Assembly: GCA_026936335.1 (NCBI GenBank)
Contig: JAPMXV010000008.1
Location: forward strand, 1 to 64,000
Direction: 5' to 3'
DNA from: Mantamonas sphyraenae STR306
Lineage: Eukaryota > Protista > CRuMs
DNA: 64,000 nt
Below the pieces are notes generated by a model. The model was not told the DNA's origin and did no database searches. It saw only the letters and a list, made by a program, of their open reading frames with translations. Shown here piece by piece: positions 1 through 10,518 of the stretch. A program made the position numbers and the translations under genes. The first letter of the stretch is position 1, and each line of letters begins with the position of its first letter.

Positions 1-183
1 CCTAACCCTAACCCTAACCCTAACCCTAACCTAACCCTAACCCTAACCTAACCTAACCCTAACCCTAACCTAAACTAACCCTAACCCTAACCCTAACCCT
101 AACCCTAACCCTAACCCTAACCCTAACCCTAACCCTAACCCTAATCCTAACCCTAACCCTAACCCTAACCCTAACCTTAACCC
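1..183. repeat. Telomeric repeat (CCCTAA)n, i.e. TTAGGG type, with a few variant units
   Basis: About 30 tandem CCCTAA units at the very start of the window, C-rich strand 5'. A few CCTAA, AACTAA, TCCTAA and CCTTAA variants. Confidence 0.99.
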
Positions 184-282
184 AGAATAGCTTAGAGAAA
201 GTCAAACCCAGAATAGCTTAGAGAAAGCCAAACCCAGAACAGCTTAGAGAAAGCCAAACCCAGAATAACTTAGAGAAAGCCA
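179..282. repeat. Telomere-associated 26-bp tandem repeat, 4 copies (AACCCAGAATAGCTTAGAGAAAGCCA)
   Basis: Units at 179, 205, 231 and 257, each within one substitution of the consensus, directly abutting the telomere. Confidence 0.97.
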
Positions 283-663
283 CAACCTGGGTGACGATGG
301 GACAGCTGGATGGCCACTGGTCGTCGCGCTCCCTCCTTATCTACGACGTAGAGGGGACTGATATGCGGTGTGATCATGTGTATTGTGTGCTAGACGGTGT
401 GTTGGTGTGTGTATGGGTGCGGATGGACATGGATAAGGCGTCAGCGATGCTCCTTTCACAGCTTAGAAAATGTTAAACCTTGTTTGGGTACCGGACGTCC
501 GCGAAGCCACTGATCGCGCCCCCCACTGCTGTACAGGGGTGAGAGCGACTGATTTGCCATGTGATCACGTGTGTCCTGTGTTTAGACAGTGTGTGGATGT
601 CCACATGGGAGTGGATGGACATGCATACGGCGTCGGGGGGTGTCTTTCTATAGCTTAGAAAAC
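283..663. repeat. Diverged ~190-bp subtelomeric tandem repeat, 2 copies
   Basis: Collinear shared blocks gccactg / gactgat..gtgatca.gtgt / tagac.gtgtgt / ggatggacatg.ata.ggcgtc / ctttc..agcttagaaaa in 283-470 and 471-663. Confidence 0.85.
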
Positions 664-1096
664 ACCGAAACCAGAATGCGCATGTTAAAGGAGCGTGCAC
701 TGGCGCCCGTGGGCGTTCTGGATGCCTGAAAAAGGCGTCCATGCGCCGTTGGCATGGCAGAAACGGCGTCGGACCGCGTCTGGAAGCACAGAGAGCGGCG
801 GCGTCGCTTAAACTTAAACCCGGCTCCATATAAACCCTGTGTCCTGGATAACTTGAATCCGGTCTATGTCGTGTGAGTTGTGCTTTTGTCAGCTGGCGGT
901 GTGGCTGAGTCGGGTGGTGACGTGGGGCAGTGGGCAGTGGGTGGGAGTGGAAATGTCGCTGGTGAGTGGCCGTCGTCTTGCAACGCCGCGCAGTCAGCAC
1001 TGCCCATCCGCCTTCAACCAAAATATCACCAACACCCACAACACCCTCCACCAGTCCAACACAATCCACATACACTCCAGTATCACAGCCACCACC

Positions 1097-4000
1097 ATGG
1101 ACAACGACCACTCGAGCACTCCGAAGCAACAACACACACCCAACACCCACCCAGCGTGCGTTCTGCCTTCCACTCCGTTTTCTGACTGCCCACTTCTCCC
1201 GCTGCCATGCCTCCTCCATGCCTCTGATGCATCCCCGCACTCCTCCCCTGCATCTCCACTTCCCCATCACCCCCGTTGCTGCCTTCTCCGCTCTTCTTCG
1301 ATCCCCTCTCCCCTGTCACTGCCCTCCCCGTCGCCAGTTTCCCGGTCTGCCAATCTCCTCCGTTTTTCCCTCTTTGCTCGTTCCGGCCTCCCTTCACCCC
1401 CGCCTCTACCCTGACGGCGTCCATTCCGCCTTCCGCTCACCATTTCCACCTCGCCCTGCCCCTCCCCGTCCCCCCACAGCTACGCGTACATGGTCCCTCC
1501 CATGGCTGCCCAGCCGTTTCCGAACATGCTGCCCGTTTCAGGCGTACAAAACCCGTACCAGCACCCACAACCACCCATCATCTGGGTCCCTGTCACCACC
1601 CACTCCCAGCAGCACTACGCGTATCCACATCACGGCCATTCTTACTACGCCTACCCTCCTCCGCCGCCTCCTCAGCCGCGACAAACCGCCCAGGTGCACT
1701 TCGCTCAGCCTCCGTCGCACCCTCCGCCTGCTCAACCCACCATCAACCACAACCGCGTCCCCAAACGCATCAGCCCTGCGTTTGTCGGCATCACACGGAC
1801 CACATCCACCACCACATCGTCGTCCTCCTCCCACCAGGCCACACGGCAGACTGGAGACAGCGACGACGACGACGCAGACCAGGACACAGCCACACATGAC
1901 ACCGGCGACGTGGAGGACCTGATGTTCCTGAACTTCGGCCATCGTGAACCACGTTCAATCTCCAGCAACTCAGAGTGGATGACCAGCTCAGGGATGGAGG
2001 CGTACGAAAAAAGATGGAGAGGCAAACGACGCATCCCAGCAGCACGTGGACGGCGAGTTGGAATCTCAGGGCCCACTCACCTTTGCAGACACTGTTGATG
2101 CCATGGATGAGGAGTACATGCCGCAAGACGACAGCGACGATGACACAGACGACATGGAACAGGAGGACTTGGACGAATGGCAACCGAGACGCACAAGTCG
2201 AGGCCACAGACGAGGCAGAGACCACAACAGCCGACGTACTGTTTCACAACAGACGAAAGGCAGCGGACAGCGCAGGCGCAGGGTCACGGCTTGCAGTGGC
2301 ACCGAGACAGGAACGTCGAGCACACGGGCAACGAGGGCCAAGAACGGAGACAAAGGCGCACAGAAGAAAGCAAGCGTGAACATGACGAACAAGTTGCCAG
2401 ATGGTGTTGAGCGCAAAGGGTGGACAATTGGATACTGTGACGAGCGTAGCCGCAGCAACAAGAAGGAGCACACGGCACTGCTGAAGCACATGCACACTCT
2501 GGCCAACGAGCATCCCCTCGACCATATCTCAGACCTCATGACCCAGCAGGCGCGTGTTGTGGTCTGCCATGGCACCCTGTTGACGCTGGTCCGACAGATT
2601 CAGCTCGCTCTGGGCAACATTCCTCTCTCCCAGGGAGATATGGCCTTCTGCCTTACCCTTCTCGGCCGTGACATGGATCAACGCACGTGCAGAACTGCCA
2701 TCAACAACGCTGGTCTGGACATGGGTGTGACAAAGGCTGGGTTGAAGGTGTGCTGGCTGGAGGAGCCACACGACCACGGCGACCCCAACTACGCCCTCCT
2801 CCACCTGCTCATGGCAGAGTTGGACACTCTCGGCAACAGAACCCATCCCACCACCTGGAAGGAGCACGAGAAAACTCAGCTGTGGCTGCAGAAAGCACGA
2901 CGCCCTGCTGACAACGACAGCGACCCACACTGGACACAATGCGACTACGACCACCAACTCACCACCACCATGGTGGACAATTGGCACCCTGAGTCCGTGC
3001 GCAGTGGCTGGGCAACGCACAATCCCAACGACGAGCGTGGCAGCTGCACTGCGCGGGAGTTCCGGACGCTGCTGGCACACATGAAGGCACGTGCAGCCAA
3101 GCACCCTCGCCATCAGCACTCACACGAGCACCAGGCACTGCGTGAACTGGTCAAAAACGGCAGCATGAACTCCCTGGTGCGACACATCATCCTGGCGCTG
3201 GGCAACGTTGGCGTGCCGCCTGTCGACCTGGCCTTCTTTGTCCGCCTCCTCAGGCCACACATCACCTACCTGCAGGTCGTGACTGCCATCAGCGCCACCC
3301 TCACTCGTGGCGTCACCTCCCTTTCCCTCAAGATCACCTGGCTCGACAACCCCAAACCCAGCGACGCCACTCTGCACACCCTCCTCCACACCCTCATCGA
3401 CCGCATCACACCCCACATCACCACCCGTCCCATCACATGCGACGCCGTCAACACCCTCGACATCCCCGAGCTTGTTCTGCACGAGCCTACAGAGGAGGAG
3501 ATGCTGGCTGTGGAGGATGGACTGCCAGATGGCGTTATGCGCAGTGGCTGGACGTCCTGGCGCAAGAGCGAGCGCAGCCACAGCAACAAGAAGGAGCACA
3601 CGGCACTGCTGAACCACATGCACAACCTGGCCAACGAGCATCCCATCGACGACATCCCTGACCTCATGAGCCTGCAGGCGCGTGTTGTGATCTGCCATGG
3701 CACCCTGAACACGCTGGTCCGACAGATTCAGCTCGTTCTGGGCAACATTCCCCTCTCCCAGGGCGACATGGCCTTCTGCCTCACCCTCCTCGGCCGTGAA
3801 GTGGATCAACAGGGGTGCAGAAAATCCATCAGTAACGCTGGTCTGGCCATGGGTGTGACGAAGGCTGGGTCGAAGGTGTGCTGGCTGGAGGAACCACACG
3901 ACCACGGCGACCCCAACTACGCCCTCCTCCACCTGCTGATCACAGAGATGGACACTCTGGGTGCCAGGCCCCATCCCACCACCTGGAAGGAGCACAAGGA

Positions 4001-4667
4001 GACCCAGCTGTGGCTGCAGAAAGCACGACGCCCTGCTGACAACGACAGCGACCCACACTGGACACAATGCGACTACGACCACCAACTCACCACCACCATG
4101 GTGGACAATTGGCTCCCTGAGTCCGTGCGCAGCGGCTGGAACATTGCTAATCACGGCGACGAGCGTAGCAGCTGCACGGCGCGGGAGTTCCAGACGCTGC
4201 TGGCACACATGAAGACACGCGCAGCCAAGCACCCTCGCCATCAGCACACACACGAGCACCAGGCACTGCATGAGCTGATCAACACCGGCAATCTGAACTC
4301 CCTGGTGCGACACATCATCCTGGCGCTGGGCAACATTAGCGTGCCGCCTGTCGACCTGGCCTTCTGTGTCCGCCTCCTCAGGCCACGCCTCACCTACAAG
4401 CAGGTGGTTGGTGCCATCAGCGCCACCCTCACCCGCGGCGTCACCTCCCTCTCCCTCAAGATCGCCTGGCTCGACAACCCCCAACCCAGCGACGCCACAC
4501 TGCACACCCTCCTCCACACCCTCATCGACCGCATCACACCCCACATCACCACCCGTCCCACCACCGTCGATGCCGTCAACGCCTACCCCATCCCCTCGTT
4601 CACCCTGCCCAAGCGCAAAGACCCTTCCTCCTCCTCCTCCTCCTCCAAACGCCAACGCCTTGAATGA
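1097..4667 (+). CDS. Subtelomeric hypothetical nuclear protein: Pro-rich and acidic N-terminus, four tandem ~185-aa winged-helix-like modules (ABAB), C-terminal bipartite NLS-like motif
   Basis: ATG 1097 in gccaccaccATGG context. A phase-2 intron at 1156-1479 (GTGCGT...CACAG) joins in frame to ORF 1490-2098. An apparent +1 shift at the A6 run 2007-2012 leads into the 873-aa ORF. Internal duplication with a 1128-nt period. C-terminus KRKDP-(S)n-KRQRLE. The 2046-4667 part is secure; the 5' exons are inferred. Confidence 0.75.
2390..4590 (+). repeat. Intragenic direct repeat, 2 x 1128 bp (376 aa)
   Basis: agcaacaagaaggagcacacggcactgctgaa occurs at 2454 and 3582, with long near-identical stretches throughout. 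Confidence 0.97.
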
Positions 4668-4805
4668 ACCACCCATTCACATGCAAAGCCTCCAGCCCAC
4701 CCTCCCCTCCCCACCCAACCTTCCCACCTCCGATCAAGTCCATCTTCTTCGCCCCGCCGACAACAACGACAATCGGGTCGTTGCGCCTGCGTGCACAGAC
4801 CTACT

Positions 4806-7800
4806 ATGTCGATGCCTGCCGTCGTCAGTGTCAAAGTCGAGGACCGCTTCTTCGAGGTGTCGACGGTGGAGGGAATGACGGTGGGGCACATTCTGAAATC
4901 TGTGGCCCAAATGTACAAGGTGGAAACGGGCGAAGAGGTGGAATTGGTCAGGTTGGAATGGCATCAGATACTGGCCAACGACACCACAGTTGAGAAGTTG
5001 CAAAGTGCATCTCTCATCCAAGAAGGCGAGCCCTTTGATGCCATCAGTACGTTGTTCGGGCCTCGTTGGCCGAGTTTTCCTGATTGCGGTTTTCCTGATG
5101 ATTGCTGAGTTTCCTGATTGCCGAGTTTTCCTGATTGCTCGAATCCGCCCAGCCTCTCACACGCCATCATAACCCACCCCGAACACAGGAACTAGGCGAG
5201 GGGCGAACAACACACAAGATGGAGGTGGAGGTGAGTGTGTGGTGGTCGTGGGAGGGCGTCACGTCAGACACGTCAGCGGAATGGGCCGAATTGGCGGGAA
5301 GCGTGATCACTCACCCGTCACACCGGTTCTGATGCTCTCCACGCACACAGTGGGGTCTTCAACGGGTTCCACTGAGTCTCAGCAAGGGAAAGGAGCAGGT
5401 AGGTCGTGCGAGGGACCCAGTCATCCCTTGCTACGTAAACGAGCACCTTCCGCCCCTCTCACACGCCATGATGACCCACCCCGAACACAGAAACTGGGCG
5501 AGGGGCGAACAACACAAACGATGGAGAGAGAGATGAGTTGCTGAAAGGTGAGACGATGCTGGCAAGTGCCAAGACGGAGCTGGCGAGTGCTGAGACGAAG
5601 CTGGCGAGTGCTGAGACGAAGCTGGCGAGTGCTGAGACGGAGCTGAACAATGCGTACACTGCCCTGGAGGAGTCTCCAAATGAGCAGAGACTGCAAGGTC
5701 GTGTGAAACGTGCAGAGAATGCATGCACGAGGGCAGAAACGCTGGCGAACGCCGCAGCACAAGAAGTGCTGACCATTTCCGGGATCGTGAATGATCTGAG
5801 GAAGAGGGTACACAAGCACCAACTGGGAAACACTCCCCAGAGCCGCAGTTATCATGCCGCACCAGGTGAGTTCCATTTTCCCTGTGCCCAGCACTATCCC
5901 GGCCCTCTCACACGCCGCCACGACCCACCACGGCCACAGGAACTGAACGAGGAGCGAGCAACGTACAAGGGGATTGGGGAGGTGAGTGTGTGGTGGGTGT
6001 AGGAGGGTGTCACGTCAGCGAATTGGGCGGAATTGGCCCGGAAGCGTGATCACCCACACGCTCACACCGGTTCTGATGCACTCCACGCACACAGAAGGGC
6101 CATCAACACGTTTCACTGAAGGTGGCAATGGGAAACGACCAGGTAGGTCGTGCGTGGGACCCACTCATCCAGCACGCGTCAGCATCCTTTGCTGGTGCAG
6201 TCCCCGGCCCACTCACACGCCACTACCACTCACCACGGCTACAGAAACTGGGCAAGGAGCGAGTAACGCACAAGAGAAATGGGGAGGTGAGTGTGTGGCG
6301 GTCGTGGGAGGGTGTCACGCCAGGCACGTCATCGCAGGAGCGCTCACACCGGCCCTGCGTCTTCTTGCTGATTCCACATTCCACATGAACAGAGCGCACA
6401 GTACCGACCACGTTCGTGGACATGAAACGCATGCTGGAGGAACTGGGAATGGAATTGCGTGATGATTTTGTTCGCCCATGGGCAGGGACTCTCGGACTGC
6501 TGGAATCGCCTACCAAGGAGTGGATTGGGCGGGATGACTACGAGAGGCAGTTCCGCCACTTCCTGAGCATGAACAAGAATGACCTGCGGGAACCGCGGAT
6601 GGGTGTGTTTTCTGCGGTCACTGTGCCTGGATCGGGGAAAACGCGACTTCTGCTTGAGCTTCCGTCGGTGCTTGAGACTGTGCTGAAGAAGTCCGTGCTT
6701 GTGTTCCACGTGTCGTACAACTGCGGAAACAGTGCCACAACCGAAAGCAACCGATCCATAGATGAGCTGGAGACGATTTTTGCCCTGCGAATGCTCATGG
6801 GCTGGACAACCACCAAGGTGCTCACGAGTTCACTTGCGAACAAGGTGCTGCAGCAGTACCGGATCTGCATTGAAGATGTCGTCACCGTGGGTTTGGAGAA
6901 ACTAGGTGTCGAGGACGCGTGGGTGCTGGTGACGATTGACGAGAGCCAGGATTTGCGCAAGACGAAAGTTGGACAGGAAAAGGAACATGCACTGAAGATC
7001 ATCACGGACAAGCTTTCGGGCGTCCACCAAGTATTGAACTACAGGCTTGTTTTTGCAGTCGCTGGCTTGGTGCATGCTGCCAAGCAGCTGGCTGTGAAAT
7101 CAAGCGGAGGAGGGGATTTCCCTTTCCACATGAAGTGGTTCACTGGTGCCATGTTCCAGCAGTTGGCCACAGCTCTCAGCATTGACATCGATTTGGATAA
7201 GTGCAACCGCCTGTCCGTCATGCTTGGTGGGTCTCCGCTGGCAATGATTCGATTTTGCAATCGGGCAAAGGAGAACAACGCCGAGTTCAAGGAAGCTCTG
7301 GAACGTGATCAGCATGATGACCTCCGGAGATTGGCGCAAGATGCCATCAGAAGTCTCGCCAGGAAGTGGCACTCATCCTTCGACGAAGACAACTCAAACA
7401 AACTGCTTTCCGGGGAGCTGTTCAACCTGCCCCTGAATGAGCTGGAGAAAGAGCACCCAGATGCTGAAAACAATGGGCTTGTCACCAAGCGAGGTGGCTG
7501 TTTCAGTGTGGACGGGACCTTGGTGGCGTTGACGACCGACTGGACACGCACTTGGCACATGGACGCTGTTGTGCTCCGTGACGGGCCCGGGTTTGAAGAA
7601 TTTTGTGCCAAGTTTGTGGCCCTCAAGCTGTACCTGGGTCAGTACCGGTGCAATGAGAACGGGACAATGCCGTACTGGAAAATTTGGAATAGCGGGGCAA
7701 GCGTGCCACTCAGAACGGCTGATTTTCAAATCAGAACGAATCTGGGTGGCGATTACCTCATCCCGGTGGCGATGAAGCACCGATTCCCTCGGGGCAGCGA

Positions 7801-8581
7801 TTATGACACGAAGCAAATCGAGGTCGACAAGATGGACGCCGAGGTCGACGATATTGACATGAAAGCCAGTCTGAAAAAGATGAAAGAAGGTGAAACAAGG
7901 TATGTCAAAGATGCGTTCAAATCTACACAGCCGCAAGTCAATCGTGTGTACATCAACGGAAGGGGTGCGCCCTTTGCAGATGTTTTCACGTTTTTTCAAG
8001 TTGCTGGAGACCAGGACCATCTGCTGATGGAGTGTATCCAGTGCAAGCACTACGCACAGAGCACTTCATTGAATGAGCTCCACTGTTGGGATGAGTTTCT
8101 CAAGGTGGACTCGGCCAGGGAGCAGATTGCGCAGCTTGGACGTCGCATGGGGGCAACGCAGATCAGCGTTGTTCTGGGCATTGTGACGACAACCGGGAAA
8201 CACCAAGCACTCTCGTTTGGAGAGAGGCTGAAAATGGCGATGATGGATGCTGTGATGGCTCTGAACACAGAACCCCGACACAAACCACTCGTGGCCAACA
8301 TGGGGATGAAGCATCGGGATCTGCAGAAAGAGTTGGCGGAGTGGCAGCACACGGTGGTGGTGCAGGGGGGAGTGACAGTCAAGATGTGCGGTCTGTTTGT
8401 GGTCGGGTACGAGCAGTTGAGGGGATTCTTTGGTGACAATGCGTTGGGACCTCTGTCCAACATCGAGTTTCCGGTGACAGGGAACGATGAGCATTCCGAT
8501 GTTGGGTCATCTGCCAGTTTCCGGGGGGCACCCTCGCGTGAAGAATATGATGAGGAGGTGGTGGTGGTGGAGGTTGAATGA
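4806..8581 (+). CDS. Crinkler/CR-type effector: Ubl header, micro-exon linker, coiled coil, P-loop NTPase and REase-fold nuclease. Inferred exons 4806-5046, 5189-5230, 5351-5398, 5491-5865, 5940-5981, 6095-6142, 6245-6286, 6393-8581
   Basis: Ubl-like pattern VSVKVEDRFFEV...MTVGHILKSVA...ILANDTTV. Walker A VPGSGKT and Walker B VLVTIDESQ. REase-like FEEF...NGRGAPFADVF...IQCKHY. All seven introns are GT-AG and phase 1, and the spliced product is one open frame. Confidence 0.8.
5072..5138. repeat. Minisatellite, ~16-bp unit (GAGTTTTCCTGATTGC), 4 copies, in intron 1 of the CR effector
   Basis: Direct reading: tttcctgat recurs four times. Confidence 0.85.
5150..6352 (+). repeat. ~305-bp exon/intron module repeated in tandem (2 full and 2 partial copies)
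   Basis: ctcacacgcc..c..gacccacc...cag at 5156, 5458, 5906 and 6212. gaagcgtgatcac...cacaccggttctgatgc.ctccacgcacacag at ~5298 and ~6041. caggtaggtcgtgcg at 5396 and 6140. Confidence 0.92.
5560..5645 (+). repeat. 21-nt coding tandem repeat, 4 copies, encoding heptads LASA(E/K)T(K/E)
   Basis: ctggcgagtgctgagacgaag repeated, with translation LASAKTE-LASAETK-LASAETK-LASAETE. Confidence 0.95.
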
Positions 8582-8622
8582 AATGGGGACAATTTGTTCA
8601 GCTGATGCAAGGGTGCTGCCCT

Positions 8623-9080
8623 TGTGCAGCCATGCACCCTCAACATCAGCACACACACACGAGCACGATGCACTGCGAAAGCTGATCAACAACGGTAACC
8701 TGCACTCCCTGGTGCGCCACATCATCCTGGCGCTGGGCAACGTTGGCGTGCCGCCTGTCGACCTGGCGTTCTTTGCCCGCCTCCTCAGACAACACCTCAC
8801 CTACAAGCAGGTGCAAGGTACCATCAAGAACACCCTCACCCGCGGCGTCACCTCCCTCTCCCTCAAGATCGCCTGGCTCGACAACCCCAAACCCAGCGAC
8901 GCCACACTGCACACCCTCCTCCACACCCTCATCGACCGCATCACACCCCACATCACCACCCGCCCCACCACCTCCGCACTCGTCAACGCCTACCCCATCC
9001 CCTCCTTCACCCTCCCCAAGCGCAAAGACCCTTCCTCCTCCTCCTCCTCCTCCTCCAAACGCCAACGCCTCGAATGAACC
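8623..9080 (+). pseudogene. 5'-truncated extra copy of the C-terminal B module and NLS of the 1097-4667 gene
   Basis: Near-identical to ~4220-4670, including the stop context gaatgaacc. It has no own N-terminus, and a +2 (CA) expansion at ~8650-8660 breaks frame with the upstream homologous codons. Confidence 0.85.
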
Positions 9081-9113
9081 CTTTCATTCTCCCCCCCCCC
9101 CGCCGCCTCTACC

Positions 9114-10442
9114 TCAAAGCTCACCCATCCCACTCAACACCTTCTCCACCATCTCGCCGTCCACTTCCCCCATCAACTTCCCTTGAAACATCCCCTGCGC
9201 GCCACCACCCTTCCCACCAATCAACTCCGCCAACGCCTTTGCCACATCCCTTGTCAACTTCTCCTGCGGCCCAGCCATCACGTACACCCCACTTGGCCCT
9301 CCGCCCCCACTTCCACCCTTGCCCTTTCCTTTTCCTCCCCCAGCCTGCTCATCCGAAATCCCCAAAACGCACACATCGCCTCGCGCACGCACAGCCCACG
9401 CAAACTCCTTCAAAAACTCCATGCTCGCCCCAGGCCGGTTCAAAAACACAGGCTCCCCGCTCTCGACGTCGTACCCTGCAGCAAGACTTTGCGCCAGCTC
9501 CGCTGCCAACGCCTTTGCCTTTTTCGCCTCGTCTCGCGCGCTCTGCTGCGCCTTGCCCACCAGCTCCACAATGTTCTCATTGCTTGTCGACAACATAGCA
9601 CGCAACGCCGCCTCGCGATCCAGCATCGCCTGCATGCGTTTCAGCACGCGTTGGCCGGCGACAAAGAACACGCGCACGCCTCCACGCGCCTTTTCCCATC
9701 CCAGGATCTTCAGGGCCAGCAGCGCGCCTGTTGTCTCTACGTGTGTCCCACAGCACGCGCAGTCGTCCACGCCCTCAATCACCACGTGGCGGTACGCGCC
9801 GTGCATGTTCGCCTTGCCCGTTTCTCCCTCCCCACCCTCTTCCACGATCGCCTGCACACTCCTTGCTTCCGCAATCACTGCGTTCACTCGTGTTTCTACC
9901 TCTGCCAGCGCCTCCTCGCTCACCTCCTTCACGTCGAGCTCCACGTCGCACTCGTTTGTGCCCAGGTTCCAGCTTGTCGTTTCCCACCCTTGCAGCTCGC
10001 GACAAACAGCACTCAGCAGATGCTGTGCACTATGCTGTTGAGTGTGGTCCACCCTGCGCTCTACGTCCACCGCCATCTGCACCACGCTTCCCTCCTCCAG
10101 CGGCCCATCCGCCAGATGAACAACAACCCCGTCCACACGCCCGCACCACATCAACTGCACCCCTCCAGCCGTCCCAAAGTCGGATGGCTGTCCTCCGCCC
10201 TCTGGAAACAGAACCGTGTCGTCAAAGCGCACCATCCAGCCTGGCTTGGCCCCTGCAAAGCGCGTGCCCTTCCAGCAATCCTCCATCTTCTTCTTCAGCA
10301 CCTTGTGCTCGCTCTTCTTCTTGTCAAACTTCCACGGCTCACACCCCACGACGGTCGCCTCGTACTCCCACTGGCGTGGTTTCAACTGTGCCAACACAAG
10401 CCCTTCTGCGGCCGCGTCCTGGTCTTCATTCACACTCGACAT
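9114..10442 (-). CDS. AARSD1: Alanyl-tRNA editing protein (AlaX/AARSD1 family)
   Basis: DTVLFPEGGGQPSD, the Zn-binding HSAQH (HxxxH) and CCGTH (CxGxH) motifs, and a C-terminal DHHA1-like GGKGGG. Confidence 0.92.
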   Translation of the reverse strand: MSSVNEDQDAAAEGLVLAQLKPRQWEYEATVVGCEPWKFDKKKSEHKVLKKKMEDCWKGTRFAGAKPGWMVRFDDTVLFPEGGGQPSDFGTAGGVQLMWCGRVDGVVVHLADGPLEEGSVVQMAVDVERRVDHTQQHSAQHLLSAVCRELQGWETTSWNLGTNECDVELDVKEVSEEALAEVETRVNAVIAEARSVQAIVEEGGEGETGKANMHGAYRHVVIEGVDDCACCGTHVETTGALLALKILGWEKARGGVRVFFVAGQRVLKRMQAMLDREAALRAMLSTSNENIVELVGKAQQSARDEAKKAKALAAELAQSLAAGYDVESGEPVFLNRPGASMEFLKEFAWAVRARGDVCVLGISDEQAGGGKGKGKGGSGGGGPSGVYVMAGPQEKLTRDVAKALAELIGGKGGGAQGMFQGKLMGEVDGEMVEKVLSGMGEL

Positions 10443-10518
10443 TTGCTCTGCGATTTCCTTGCCACCCAAGCGCTTGTGATGTCACACCTCTCCTCCTTCA
10501 TTCCTCCATCTTCCATCA

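Noticed and set aside
179-282. 26-bp repeats as a CRISPR array
   Set aside because: The units are head-to-tail with no spacers, the context is a eukaryotic telomere, and there are no cas genes.
826-834. TATA-like CATATAAA upstream of the first gene
   Set aside because: It lies about 265 bp from the ATG with no transcription-start evidence, so it is not supportable.
1097-8581. Telomere-specific retrotransposon or DNA transposon
   Set aside because: No reverse transcriptase, integrase/DDE or tyrosine-recombinase motifs, and no terminal inverted repeats or polyA tail were seen.
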